Positions 52,066-64,000 of a DNA stretch of 64,000 nucleotides are shown one piece after another. A model generated the notes under the pieces. The model saw nothing but the letters and a program-made list of their open reading frames with translations. It was not told the DNA's origin and searched no databases. Origin of the DNA: Pavona decussata. Its lineage: Eukaryota. A program made the translations under genes and the position numbers. The DNA lies in the NCBI GenBank assembly GCA_977016875.1, contig CDRNST010000096.1:248001-312000 (forward strand), written 5' to 3'. The stretch's first letter is position 1; each line of letters opens with the position of its first letter.

Positions 52066-53908
52066 ATCACCACGTGTTTTTTGACAATTTCTTTTTGTCA
52101 AAGTTGTAGAAGATCTGCTGGAGGACGGTATTTACTCCTGTGGAATGACAAGAGCGAACAGGAAAGACTTTCCCAAAGAACTTGTGGCGACAACTCATGA
52201 AGTCAAACCTTTGCTGCAAAGGGAGCCAATTTTTCGCCACAGAAACAATCCTGTTGCGACGCTGTGAAAGAACAAGAAAGTAGTCCATTTTCTAGGTACT
52301 CAGTGTAATCCAGTGGGAAACGACAAAGTCAATCGTAAACAACCTGATGGCACAGTTATTCAAGTACAAAGTGTGTTGTTTGTCAAGTTCTACAACCAAA
52401 GCATGGGTGGCGTGGATCTTCACGAACAGATGCCTGGATACTATGCAATTGGTAGAAGATCAAGGAAATGGTGGTGGTATCTTTTCTGGTTCTGTGTTAA
52501 ACGCGACAAATCACTGATAAAGGTCGCAGCTCAAGTTTCGAGTGGAACTATCAAAGTGATAGTGACTATCGGTGACTTCTGCAGTCAAGGAAGAACGGCA
52601 AGTGCTGGTCAGTTGGAGGTCGGCCACTGGCCTGTTGCCCTCATGAAAGGACGTTGTAAATACTGCCTAAAACAAAAGACGACATTTTCAGGATAGAATG
52701 CCAACTGTGTAGCAAGCGAGTTTGTTAAAAACGTTTTCCAAATCACATTGATGACCTGGCCTAAATATGTCACAAGAGTGCACAATTCAAACTGCAGTGC
52801 AAGAACATGTCTCTCTTTCTTATAATATTCTGAACTCCAAACACTGTTGACTTTAAAGAGATACTCTAGACCCCACAACAAAATTTCATGAAAAGATAGC
52901 TTATGACCTTGTTTTAACCACCAGCCGTTTCCAGAGGTTTTTCAAAATTCAGCAAAATTGGCAAAGTGGTTATTTCCTACCCCATGTGCAGTAAAAATAC
53001 ATAACTTACAGGGCAAAAAAAAACAACACCCCTTTAGTCTAAGATAGTTAAAATTACTAATTATGGTATAAAATAAATTAGTTGCCAATTCAAAAATCAA
53101 TGAAATTTGATCCGCGCGTCACATGGATAAAATCTGATCCGTCTCGAGAGCATGTGTTTGTTTACGCGAAATTACACAGTTGTCACGTTTTCTCAATGAA
53201 AATAAAAAGAAATACACACAGAAAGCTTTCCTAAATGAACAGTTTATTCAGAAAAGTCTGCTTACGCCTTAGAAAGAAACCCGTATAATTATAAATGCGA
53301 GACAAGCGACGCGCAAGCGATTTGAAGGAACAACAACTCCAATTCGAAGCGAATTTATCGACCCGTGCGGGGCACATTTTTCAAATATTTTGCAAAAACT
53401 GTTCAGAGTACAAAAAATCGGTCAATTAAAATAGTATTTCAGTACAAATTCACAATCAAACCTGCAATTTTTTCGCTCTTGAATTCCCAGAAGTACTCTA
53501 AATTTTCTCAGAAAGTCCATGGCCTGAATTATGATTTAAGCTGTCCGCTCGCTCGTCGCCTGGATAAAACAACGATTCGTACTGGAAGCGCAGTTTCTTC
53601 GCCGTTATTTCTCGGATTTTCGCTGTCGAAACTGTTGAGTATTCCTCAGCAGTTCTTCTTTCGATTTACCATTTAGAAAAGACGTGTTTTCCTTCGTGGC
53701 CCACGAGGGGAAAAAAATTGAAATTGGACCTAAGACCTAAAAATATATGCGCAGTAAGTGGATTCTGATTGGTCAGTCCTTTCTGAAGGCAATGAGAATA
53801 ATAGGGGACAAAAAATCTCTTCTAGGGAGGGGTAGGGACCGAGCGCGGACCGAGCGCGAGGATGCCCAAAATCACGGCCGGTTTTGGCCAGCACGGTGCG
53901 TTAACGGG
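52066..53908 (+). mobile_element. piggyBac transposase C-terminal remnant and a piggyBac-type terminus
   Basis: HVFFDNFF, FYNQSMGGVDL, RRSRKWWWYLF, GRCKYC; ...gcgttaacggg|TTAA at 53906-53912. That this end belongs to the same element is inferred. Confidence 0.8.
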
Positions 53909-54145
53909 TTAAGATACTGGCAAAAAGTAAAGTGAGTTCTATTATTTGCCATCAAATGGGCAAAGTTTCTCGTCATGCAGTTCGAATGCAGTGCTTTGGC
54001 TGAAAAACCGGAAATGACGTAGAAAGAACTCGCCCAACCCTTTCCGGTTAGATTTCCACACGTTTCTTCGTCATGATTTGGTCATTGACTTGTTTTATTT
54101 CTTTTAAAATCATTTTTTATTTCAAGGTTTGTTGAAAATTTAAAA

Positions 54146-55340
54146 ATGCAACATCGCTGTATAGCTGGTGGGTGTTCCAATACCCATAAGGACAGATTAA
54201 GTCTTCATCAGTGGCCTGACGATCCCAAATTTTCAAGGCTTTGGACGAATGTCATGAAAAATACTTGATCTGATTTTATTAACCCTAAGAAATCAACTAG
54301 ACTTTGCAGTGCTCATTTCACTGAAGATTGCTTTGAAGCACAAACAGCCATAATCAAGTATATGGGTTTAAAGATGAAGCCATTCATTAAAATTGATGCA
54401 GTTCCAACCATATTCAAAAGTGGTCCACTTAAAACGAAAATACAACGATTAGAGGAGGACAGCACTCACAAGGTGACACAGGCTGAAAAGACATCACTGC
54501 AGCGAGGGGCATACAGAAAACGAGAAGCTGCTCGCGTATGTTTTGACAAAACTGAGTCAAACCTACTTTTATGATGAAACTCATGGTTAAACTACAAATA
54601 AGCAAATAAAAACTAACCTTTGTCTTGTTTATCTGATCTTTGAAAAGATAATCGCTGATTGGCAAAAAGAAGAAGGTTCCACTTCCAGCGCAGTTGATGT
54701 TGATTACTCAACAAAAGGTATAGAATTGGTTCCTAGAGCACAAGAGGCCTCTGCGCAAACCGAGCATACAAGGAAAATGTCTCTGTACAATTTCGGAGCA
54801 GACATACTTGGAAAGGCAAGTTAAAATTTACACAATTTGTAAAAAATGTCTATTTAAGTTGTACTCAAATGTGGGATGCATCCTGGACTTCTTAAATACT
54901 TCAGACGTAAATCTTTTTTGGTGTTATTCGCAGGTATTCTAAAGAGTATTCCCACCAAGACCCAAGGCACACAATGTACTCTTCTCAAAGATTTATTTGT
55001 GGCATCAACTCCATGCCAGAGCAAGGATGAATTATCGGAAGAAGAAGACAGGGATGCTGATGATGACCCCTTGTATGCCACTGAACCTGATGAGGAATCG
55101 GACGAGGATGCAGATTTTAATGACTTTGATGATTGTCTGTATGAGTGAGTTACACAGACAAAAAATGTTGTTTGCCTCCAAACGATGCTTTTGGTGCAAA
55201 GTTAACACTTAAACCCTTATTTTTTTCTTTTACAGAGAGTCTCCACAAAATGCTCCTGCTCATCAACAAAAACTATTTCTGGTGACGGAGTCATCACTTT
55301 TTTACTTATTTCGATTTTGCCCTGTTTGCAGGTCGGAATG
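54146..55340 (+). pseudogene. THAP-domain protein, probably a Kolobok-type transposase N-terminus, spliced
   Basis: MQHRCIAGGCSN..LHQWP...W...RLCSAHF...AVPTIF; later exon FLVTESSLFYLFRFCPVC; one in-frame TGA. Confidence 0.75.
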
Positions 55341-55369
55341 GGAAAGGGCAATAACCTTACCAATTGGTT

Positions 55370-58300
55370 GATTTTGAGGTTCGCTTAAAATGTTTAATTC
55401 CACGCGCGGAAACTTTAGTAATTACGTGTCGCAATAGATCTTATTTTAGTTACTTATTAATGTAGCTCTATATATACCGCCACGCACGTGGTTGAGACAA
55501 TTATTTTATGAGTGATTCGCTCTGTGTAAAGCTAGTTAATCCTTATACTTGTGATTGTGAAGTTAAATTTTTTCAACAAACATGTCTGAATCCAAGTACA
55601 ACCTTCGTTCTAGTAAGCAACTCGATTACGCCATGATACACGCTGGGAAAGGTGTACAAGTCCCGACATTTGGATTTTCTCCCGATCCTCATCCTCTCTC
55701 ATCCCCAGTCGGAGATACCACGCCTCACGACTACCAAGCACACGATTTCACCAAAATGAAACGTCTGTTTGAGGAAGCAAAAGAAAGAAACAAAGTCCTG
55801 GAGGAGTCCTCCCAGCTTGAGCAAATGAGGAAAGAACTGGAGGCGCTTCGCCTGCGCAATGCTATGTTGGACAAGCGTGCTGATCAGGATAAAAAGAAAA
55901 CCACGCTAAAAGATCTGCGCACCAACCAGCTCATGCCTTCTAAAGTGGAACAGTTTCTTTCCCAGCTAGACGACAGTAGCAGTGAGGAAAGTGAGGATGA
56001 CGACAAGACTGAAAAGAAATCTACTGGAGGTAGGAGCCACACTTTAAGGTCAGGGAAGGCCAGTAAATTAACTAGCCGCGTGGTCAACCCTCAGTTATGG
56101 CCCCACAGCCATTTGAGTTTGTCATATGTTTCTAAGGACAAAACATATGATGATCTAACACTGGCTGAATTTGCAGCCGGATACGCAGCTATTCTCCAAA
56201 GGCCTAACCTCCCACCACAAGAACTTTGCGCCCGCATTGTTCATCTTTGCTCTCTGATGTATTTGGCCACACAGTTCACTTGGTATTTGGTCCGCGATCT
56301 TCATGCGGGCATGCTTTTTGCAATCGAAATGTGGTAGGGCTGATTGGGGAGATTCGTTTACTCACTTGGAGTGGGGAGATTCGTTTACTCATTTGGAGTC
56401 AAGGATCCTTCAAGCCCCACTAAAACCATCATCTCGGGCAGGGGCTTCGCGCACCGACGGCTCTACTGCGGTCTTCTTTTGCCGTGATTTTTAACATGAT
56501 GTCTGTAAGTTAAACAAAGAACCCTACGGTACTCTTCGGGGAGAACCTGCAGCCCATTTGTGCTCGGTGCTGGGTGGACATGCGTGTTGCTACTCGTCAT
56601 ACAGAATTTTCGAAAGAATGTCCTTTGGCGGTGGAAAAGGATTCCCACTCTTCCAGAACGACTGCCCCCTGACTAGAACTTTTAGAGCCGCTAAATCACG
56701 ACTCGTCTTGTTTTCAAGACTCAAGACTTTCCGTTTCAGACTTTAAACCAGACTCTAGACTTTGTTCATGTTTTCAAGACTTTCTATCTTCTGTGGAAGA
56801 TAAGTGTTATCTAGACTCTAGACTTAGCAGGGTGGTTCACTCTGATCCTGGGAGTGCGAGTGCCACACTCTTGCCTTCCTCGCAAGTTACGGTTCCATTA
56901 GTTATTGATGATAATTTACTGTTTGCTCATCGCTGCATGTAGTGCAGCCTAGTATTAGCTCTAGTTTAAGTTCTAGCATGGATATTTCGTCCCAATCGTT
57001 CGTTACCCCAGACGCACTTCCTTTCGAGCCAAATTTCTGTCACATTACATAATCAAGTTTACGTATTCCGATGTGGAAGTTTGTGACTTCTTAGAGTTTG
57101 GGTGGCCCATCGGTTACGATTATCATGGGGTTTTACCTTCTGGTGTACTAGACTTTCCGTCCGCCATTGACACCTACCTCTCAACGGAACTTGCGTTACG
57201 TTCCATTTGCAGTCCATTTGCACGCAATCCTTTTGTGGCGCCTATCGCCTTGTCTCCATTGAACTCAGTTCCAAAGCCGGACAGCAATGAACGTCGGTTT
57301 ATTAAGGACCTCAGCTGGCCAGTTCGTCTGTCAATGACGGAATTTCTAAAGACTTCTTTTTGGGTGAACCTGTGTCGTTAACTTATCCCACTGTAGACGA
57401 CATCGCGGAGTGTATCGTTCAGCTGGGGCCGGGTTGTTAGTTGTTCAAATGTAATCTAAAACGTGATTATCGTCAGTCGCCAGTAGATCCTTTCAATTAT
57501 CCTTTGTTGGGATATTCGTGGCGGGACAAGTTGTTTTTTGACGTTCGATTGCCAATGGGTCTCCGGTCCGCTGCTATGGCTTGCCAGCGAGTCACGAACA
57601 CGGTATGTTTTATGCTCTCGCTGGTCGGTTGCAACGTTTTGAGTTATTTAGACGATTTCATGGGGATTTCTGCGCCGGCACCGCCTTCGCCGATTATGCG
57701 CTCACTGGTTCGTCACTCTAGGTCTTAGGGTTACAAGAGTCGTCTCACAAGGCTTGCCCTCCGTCTACTCGAGTTACTTGTCTCGGAGTTCTCTTCGACA
57801 CGATAAATTTTACTGTGTCTGTTACGCCGGACAGACTGTTGGAATTGCAAACGGATCTGTTACCTAAGTGGCTCACTAAAAGGTCCGCGACCAAAACTGA
57901 GCTACAATCTCTGATAGGCAAACTTGCCTTTGTTTCCAAATGGGTTTGGCCGGGTCGTTTGTTTCTAACTCGCATTCTGGACACTTTGCGTTCCTTGCGG
58001 CGCAATCATCATTGGGTCAAGTTATCGGCCGAATTTCGGAAAGATATCCGCTGGTGGATGCGGTTTATCAACGTTTACAATGGTGTATTTCTTATTCCCA
58101 CGCAATTGTGGTCTGCGCCCGATAGTAATTTTTCTACCGACGCCTGTTTGACGGGTTGCGGGGGTATGTCATCTGAGCAGTATTTTCATGTCGCATTTCC
58201 ACCGGAAGTTCTCCTTCAATTCACTGGTATTCATCTTCTTGAGGCCTTAGCTATCGTTCTAGCTCTTCGACTCTGGGGTCGTTATTGGCGCGGACTACGG

Positions 58301-58410
58301 ATTATGGTTTACTGCGACAATTTTTCCGTTGTCAGTTCCTTAAACTCCGGTCACGTTCAGGATAAATTGTTAGCAGCTTCTTTGCGACAAATTTGGTTTC
58401 TCGCCGCAGT
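55370..58410 (+). mobile_element. DIRS/Ngaro retrotransposon (gag, RT, RNase H), 3'-truncated
   Basis: gag 55582-56337 (WPH..LS..YDDLTLAEFAAG); RT GWPIGY, LPMGLRSA, SYLDDF; RNase H STDAC, LEALAI, YCDN. Confidence 0.88.
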
Positions 58411-58627
58411 GCAGTATTGGTAAGTATTTGATTATTTGCTTGCAGACAAATTTCGTTGGTATATTTGCGCAGGGATTTTCTGCCAATCTTTATGGTTGGC
58501 AACCATGCAGTTACAAGGCTGTACCACGTCTGGAACACGTTTTGCGTTCAAGCCATAAAAGGGTTGAAACTCTAAACACTATCAAGTCATAGAAATTATA
58601 AGCTCAGCTACGTTTAAGTGTGTTTAA

Positions 58628-60446
58628 GAACGGTTTGCTGTAAGGACCGACTAAGCGTATACAAAATAGAAAAAACCGATTTCCCCAAACTTTGCCAGAC
58701 TAAAGGGCTTAGTGAACTACTTCTAAAAATATATGTTTCATTTTGTTTAGAGCTTTATTTATTTTGGGGGAATTTTTTTAAGATTTTACCCATGGAGACG
58801 GGCTAAAATCACGCCGAAGTAGGCACTTTTGTAGAAGCTCCCTTTTATACAAGGAGCCTTTTCTAGAAAAGATTAACCCAACAGAAGGAACAATTTTATT
58901 TTCTTAGATGACTAGCGGCGTTAAAGTTAAATAAAACGTAAACATGAATTTTTGACCAATTTTTTAAGTTGCGCCTTTTTACCGGTGATTATAACAACCT
59001 AATTTTGGCTAAATTCAAGGACAAAAAAAGCATTTTGGTACATCGCTTTGCCCTACAAAACTACACTCCGGGAAAACATAATCATTTCAACTAAACATTG
59101 ATCGAATAAAAAATTGGGGTAAATTAAACAGCGAGTTCTCAGAGCGTTTTCAAAACATGTCACTTCAGCAATTAAGAGCAACCTTTCACCTTTTATATCG
59201 AGGGGAAATATAAATGAGAGCTCATAAACCTTGACTTTCCTTCGCCGGAAGACGCTTATTTTTACTCTGCTGGCACATTTTGAGTAAAGGAAAACTACAC
59301 ATTTGAATTTGAAGTTATGTACTTGCTATGAAAGATAATTTGAAAAGTAAAATTAGCAATTCAAAAAGCAGATTTCTCGTGATTTACAGGAGTCAATGCG
59401 TACTGTCAGAAAGAAAATTCCCCATTTTCAACCGGGAACGGTGTAAGTGGGTCCTGTCGGGTAAGTTTAAACTCACTAATGATCACTAAATGGACATTTT
59501 ACGCTTATACACTGGTGTTTATTCCGTTAGTTATTCAAAAAAAAAAAAGCTAAAAAGGATTGGAAGCGTTTTATCATAATAAGCAGTTCTCTTTTTGAGA
59601 TATATGCAAATTAATTTAGCGTAAAGTATGCGAACTCCAGTGAAAGATGTTCATTTCAATTGACTTTCGACAATGGCAATGACCTTCGGCACATGTGTTG
59701 CAGGCTATTCTTCGCGGTATAATGGACAGTCTGGTGAATTATATACCATACTTTTTCATGCTACAAGGTGGGTCATGCTATACATGAAAGATAAATTGGA
59801 TTTTTCAGCCGACTCATTTGCAAGCGCTTGACTTTGTGCTCTTGCCATGACCAAATTTGCATAATGAATGATATGAACTTGTCAACAATATGCGGGAACA
59901 GTTTGAACGAACAAGCTGTTTCAAATGTACTGTTGTTTGAATTTTACAGGCTATTGCTTTTATTGTTAGCGCGGACCAATGTTCAAATTAAAAGCCAATA
60001 AGAATCGAATTTTAATTTGAACATTGATGTGCTATATGCGCTAACAATGAATGAATGAATGCATTCTTTGAAACGAATAATGGGTTCAATTTTCAAATAA
60101 TCGATCCATTAATAGAGTCTACGGGGGTACGCTTGACCTGGTTCGACTGTAACGCTGCTAGTCATCTAAGAAAATAAAATTGTTCCTTCTGTTGGGTTAA
60201 TCTTTTCTAGAAAAGGCTCCTTGTATAAAAGGGAGCTTCTACAAAAGTGCCTACTTCGGCGTGATTTTAGCCCGTCTCCATGGGTAAAATCTTAAAAAAA
60301 ATTCCCCCAAAATAAATAAAGCTCTAAACAAAATGAAACATATATTTTTAGAGGTAGTTCACCAAGCCCTTTATTCTGGCAAAGTTTGGGTAAATCGGTT
60401 TTTTCTATTTTGTATACGGTTAGTCGGTCCTTACAGCAAACCGTTC
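58628..60446. mobile_element. Non-autonomous long-TIR element with TTAA TSD (Sola3- or Kolobok-like)
   Basis: About 296-bp near-identical inverted repeats 58628-58923 and 60150-60446; TTAA on both flanks; no coding capacity. Confidence 0.88.
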
Positions 60447-60820
60447 TTAAGTATGTTGCTAGTTTGGTTTCCTAACGACATCTTGCAAAAACGTGGAATG
60501 GACTGGACTACTAAAACTTGGATTTTTGGGTAGTAAAACGTTGATTTGTAAAATGGAACCAAAACCCAACTTATACAACTTATTCAGAAAAAAACTAACT
60601 CAGAGATTTTATTTTAAATGCCCTCCATTCCACAATTAGTATCTTGATGCATGTGTCTTTCCATTCTGAAGTCAGAAAGGGGGTTTGCCTATCTATTACC
60701 TTGTTTACCTTTTAATTGTTGGAGACAAAATTTACTGTCACTAAATTTTCCATCTGCAACACACGCTCAATCAATCAGTCAATATTTATTTTCCCTTAAA
60801 GATATTTGGTATGTTTACAA

Positions 60821-61612
60821 TAGTTGTGGTTACACTTACCCTTTTACCCATGGGTAACTAGCATTTTCCCACGGGTAAGGATGTTTTTGTGTGTAACCGG
60901 TTTTCCCAAACCGAAACTGCCTTTGGGTTATTTCCATGGATACATCAAAGAGAACAAAAGAACTTCCCATGACAGTTCCTGAACTGAAAAGTACGGTTTA
61001 TCTGCTCCCTGAGGTGGCTTGGCCAATCATCATGCAGAACGTAGCTAACACAGGAAATCGCCTGCTATGCTCTGAGTTGACCTCTGATACGCTTGGCTAA
61101 TTTCGCGCTTACTGTACTGGTAGCACAAGGTGACATGGCAGGGTTTCGTGCATCACTGTGAGTATTTCTTTCTTTATTTTCATGAATTCCCTCTTCAGAC
61201 TATCAGTTTCGAAGTTGATCAAGTTGTAATCTTTTTGTTTATCTGTTTATAGGAACGCTAGTCAAACCGAAGAGTCCTACTAACGGGTATTTCTTTGCGC
61301 CTTCTTCGCTGTCTTCTCGCAAAAAACTGTTGGATTGCTATATTTATGGAGGACTGTCGAATAATTAGCAGGAGAATCACCGAAATTAAGCTTACAAGAT
61401 CTCGATTTGTGTCATGCATGTCGATCTGTACGTTTCCCACCAAACTGCATGCATGGTCAGTGTGAAATCATATCTAATTATATTTTACCCTGATGGGAGT
61501 TCTTTCACTGTGTAACCGCATCCCCTAGGGTAAAATGAAACCTGAGCTAAACCGAACCCAAGCCATTTACCCTTCGGAAGGCCCAAACCCAAGGTGTGTG
61601 TAACCACGACTA
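60821..61612. mobile_element. Academ-like non-autonomous TIR element
   Basis: TAG...CTA termini, 15-bp TIR tagttgtggttacac / gtgtaaccacgacta; flanks acaa/ataa. Confidence 0.6.
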
Positions 61613-61799
61613 ATAATGCAGTTTATTGGTAATTAGTCCTTATGGAGCAGGAGCTCTCAAGAAACCCTTGGATTGTCTAATTCTAATATTACCTTAAAGT
61701 CAACTAACACCAAATGAAATGGTGAATGTGATTCATTACTAGGAAAGCTTGATTTTCTATGTCCGTTGTCTGTAACAGCTTTTCCTGTTGTGTGATCAT

Positions 61800-62013
61800 T
61801 TTTTTTATAAATACCACGCGTTACTTACAATACCGTAGCATAACTTACCATGACTAAATCTAAATTGCACTACTTACATTTTCAAAATACAGTCAATGCA
61901 CAAAGAAAATAGGAAGTTACGAAAAGATAAGCTACATAAAACCAATTTACTATTAACAATACAAAAACTGGAGTTGGCAGAATGCCTATAACACTAATTA
62001 GATTATAATGACC
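61800..62013 (-). mobile_element. 5'-truncated poly(A) retro-insertion
   Basis: T-run at 61799-61807; 13-bp TSD gttgtgtgatcat at 61787-61799 and 62014-62026. Confidence 0.75.
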
Positions 62014-62468
62014 GTTGTGTGATCATGGTTTGATTTGGTTTCCACATCAAATACGTCCAGGAAAACATTTAACCACATGTTTCCCAAGTATTGTTTGCGT
62101 ATTAAAGAGATGTTACATGCTTATTAAGATGAGTCCTTAACATTTTGTATTTTTTCTTAGTGATTGATAAGCATTTAAGAGTTTACGGCTGTCATTGATA
62201 TTGCCAATTTTGAAACTTTGATTTCCAAACCAGAAAAGTTAGGGCTGCTTTCTCAAAAATTTACCAGGTTATACCCATTTCCTACTCGCTAGGTAATTTT
62301 TGACATTCGTTGGAATTTAATCATTAGCTCACTAACTCCATTGTTTTGTTTTTTATTGTTATTTTCAATCACATAGGGTATATTTCTCCAATTTTGTCTG
62401 GTATGTTAATTTTCACAAACACACATTATACTGCAACTCTTGTCATTTGTTTTCATCTTTTATTTCAG

Positions 62469-63320
62469 CTATGCTGTATTCAACCAACCAGTGACTTATG
62501 AGTCTGGTCACACTTTTTGCAGGGCATGTATTGACCAGTGGAGGTCAACATACACCACCTGCCCTGTGGACTGTCAGCGGTTTGCCAGGCCCCTTGTAAG
62601 AAACCTTGCTGTGGAGGGTGTCCTAAAAAGAGATTAATTAGGTGCCCCTCCACAGCAACTATCCCTAGTTGCCAATGGACAGGGCCGGTTTCCGCTATAG
62701 AAGGCCACAGTACTGAATGCACCATGCAAGTTGTGGAGTGCACCTTCAAGCCAAGAAGGTGACTTCTCCGTACCTACAAGGGTGAATCGGAGGGCCACCT
62801 TGCTTCTTGCCCTTTTAGGATGGTGAAATGCCCCTTTTGCTCCAAGTACATTTCACCTCAGGAATGTGAAGTCCACGAGGATGTGTGTGAGGCGAAGGCG
62901 GTACCATGCATCAGTTCATGTGGGAGTGAAGTCCAAAGGTAAATTGTTTGCTTCATGTATATGTACATGTATTCTGGTAGGTGATTGAATAGTCTGTCAT
63001 TTCCTTTCATGGTTTCCAGGAAGTGAAATTTGTTCTGATTTTTGGTTGGACTTGTAATGGCAGATGACCAACGGTTATTTCCAGCATTGCATTGTAATTT
63101 CTTTTATATGTGAATGTTATCGTAAACAACCGTCACGTAGATAAATAAATTTTCTGATTTGGAAATGACACCTATGAATTAATTTTTAGAGTGACAACAT
63201 CTAATCAACTTTAATGTACGAGACATTGATTCCATTTAATTTATCTCTCTTTGTTTCAAGGCAGAAGATGCTACCTCATTAGGCATTTGAGTGTGAAAGA
63301 GGGTTGACCTTGTCCACTAA
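62469..63320 (+). pseudogene. TRAF-type RING + zinc-finger gene remnant
   Basis: Exon 62469-62938 (AG/GT bounded): PVT.SGHTFCRACI..CPVD, CQWTG..EGH..EC, HLASCPFRMVKCPFC, HEDVC..VPC; frameshift and stops; next exon near 63261. Confidence 0.8.
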
Positions 63321-63641
63321 CATCAGTTGACTGCAAAGAGGTAGCAGGGCATGAGGATGCTGCAGCCAAGCAAACAAATCTCCTTTTAAAAGCCCGCCTT
63401 GTAAGTCAATATTCAATAGTCCTTGTGAAAACTGCAAGATGTTCTATTTTAGCAGTTAATCAGGTTGCTCCATTCCGGATTCATTATTGCACACAGATAT
63501 ACAAAACATCATTTTTGTTGCTGCAGTCTTTAAGCTTCTCTTGTTACACTAGATGCTTCAATCAGAGTACAGGAAAATTTCTATCATGAAGGCACACTTT
63601 TCCTTTGGTTAACCATTGTGCTGTGGGTTTGGTTCCCCTAA

Positions 63642-63643
<2 letters not shown>

Positions 63644-63714
<71 letters not shown>

Positions 63715-63726
63715 TATTTATTTATT
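63644..63726. repeat. (TTA)n microsatellite grading into (TTTA)n
   Basis: Direct inspection. Confidence 0.95.
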
Positions 63727-64000
63727 TTTTTTCACTTTACACATATACTATGTTTGCATTAGTTTTCTTTTTGGGTAGAACATTTCAAAACATTGAAAAT
63801 GTTTAGTTGTTCTCTTATTTATCCTGACACACTTCTCTTATTTATCCTGACACACGAGAGTGTGTGTTCCAGTGTTTCTTGTGTTTAATAGATATAATTA
63901 TTATATTTCATCAGTGCTTAATGTATAAAATGACCCTAACAACAGCACCTGCCTGTTTACCATTTCTTCTGGACCTTTTCATTTTCATTTTTTGTTGTTC

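Noticed and set aside
51804-52696. H3-piggyBac protein fusion
   Set aside because: Opposite strands, so no shared reading frame; only adjacency is kept as a finding

Overview
AT-rich eukaryotic DNA with GT-AG introns, a histone H3 remnant and a TRAF-type remnant. The element repertoire (RTEX, CRE, Penelope, DIRS/Ngaro, Sola3, Kolobok, Academ-like) suggests a marine invertebrate, most likely a cnidarian or stony coral (inference). The window is a nested transposable-element graveyard with no intact host gene. Clearly bounded elements: a two-gene PIF/Harbinger transposon (334-3851) and a split-direct-repeat Ngaro/DIRS-type mini-element (about 4780-6313), both inside ORF1 of an esterase-bearing RTEX-like LINE; a 9.4-kb MULE with about 365-bp TIRs and a 9-bp TSD (23310-32714) inside a LINE ORF1; a Penelope 3' end carrying a minimal hammerhead ribozyme (33398-33444); a near-complete L1/Tx1 LINE; two decayed DIRS-type elements; and several MITEs with readable TSDs. 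The best candidates for something undescribed are two unclassified coding remnants: an NHL-repeat protein with a transposase-like tail (47516-49110) and a 'KLDG' protein (44640-45900). Family assignments come from motif recognition by eye, not database searches, and remnant boundaries are approximate.
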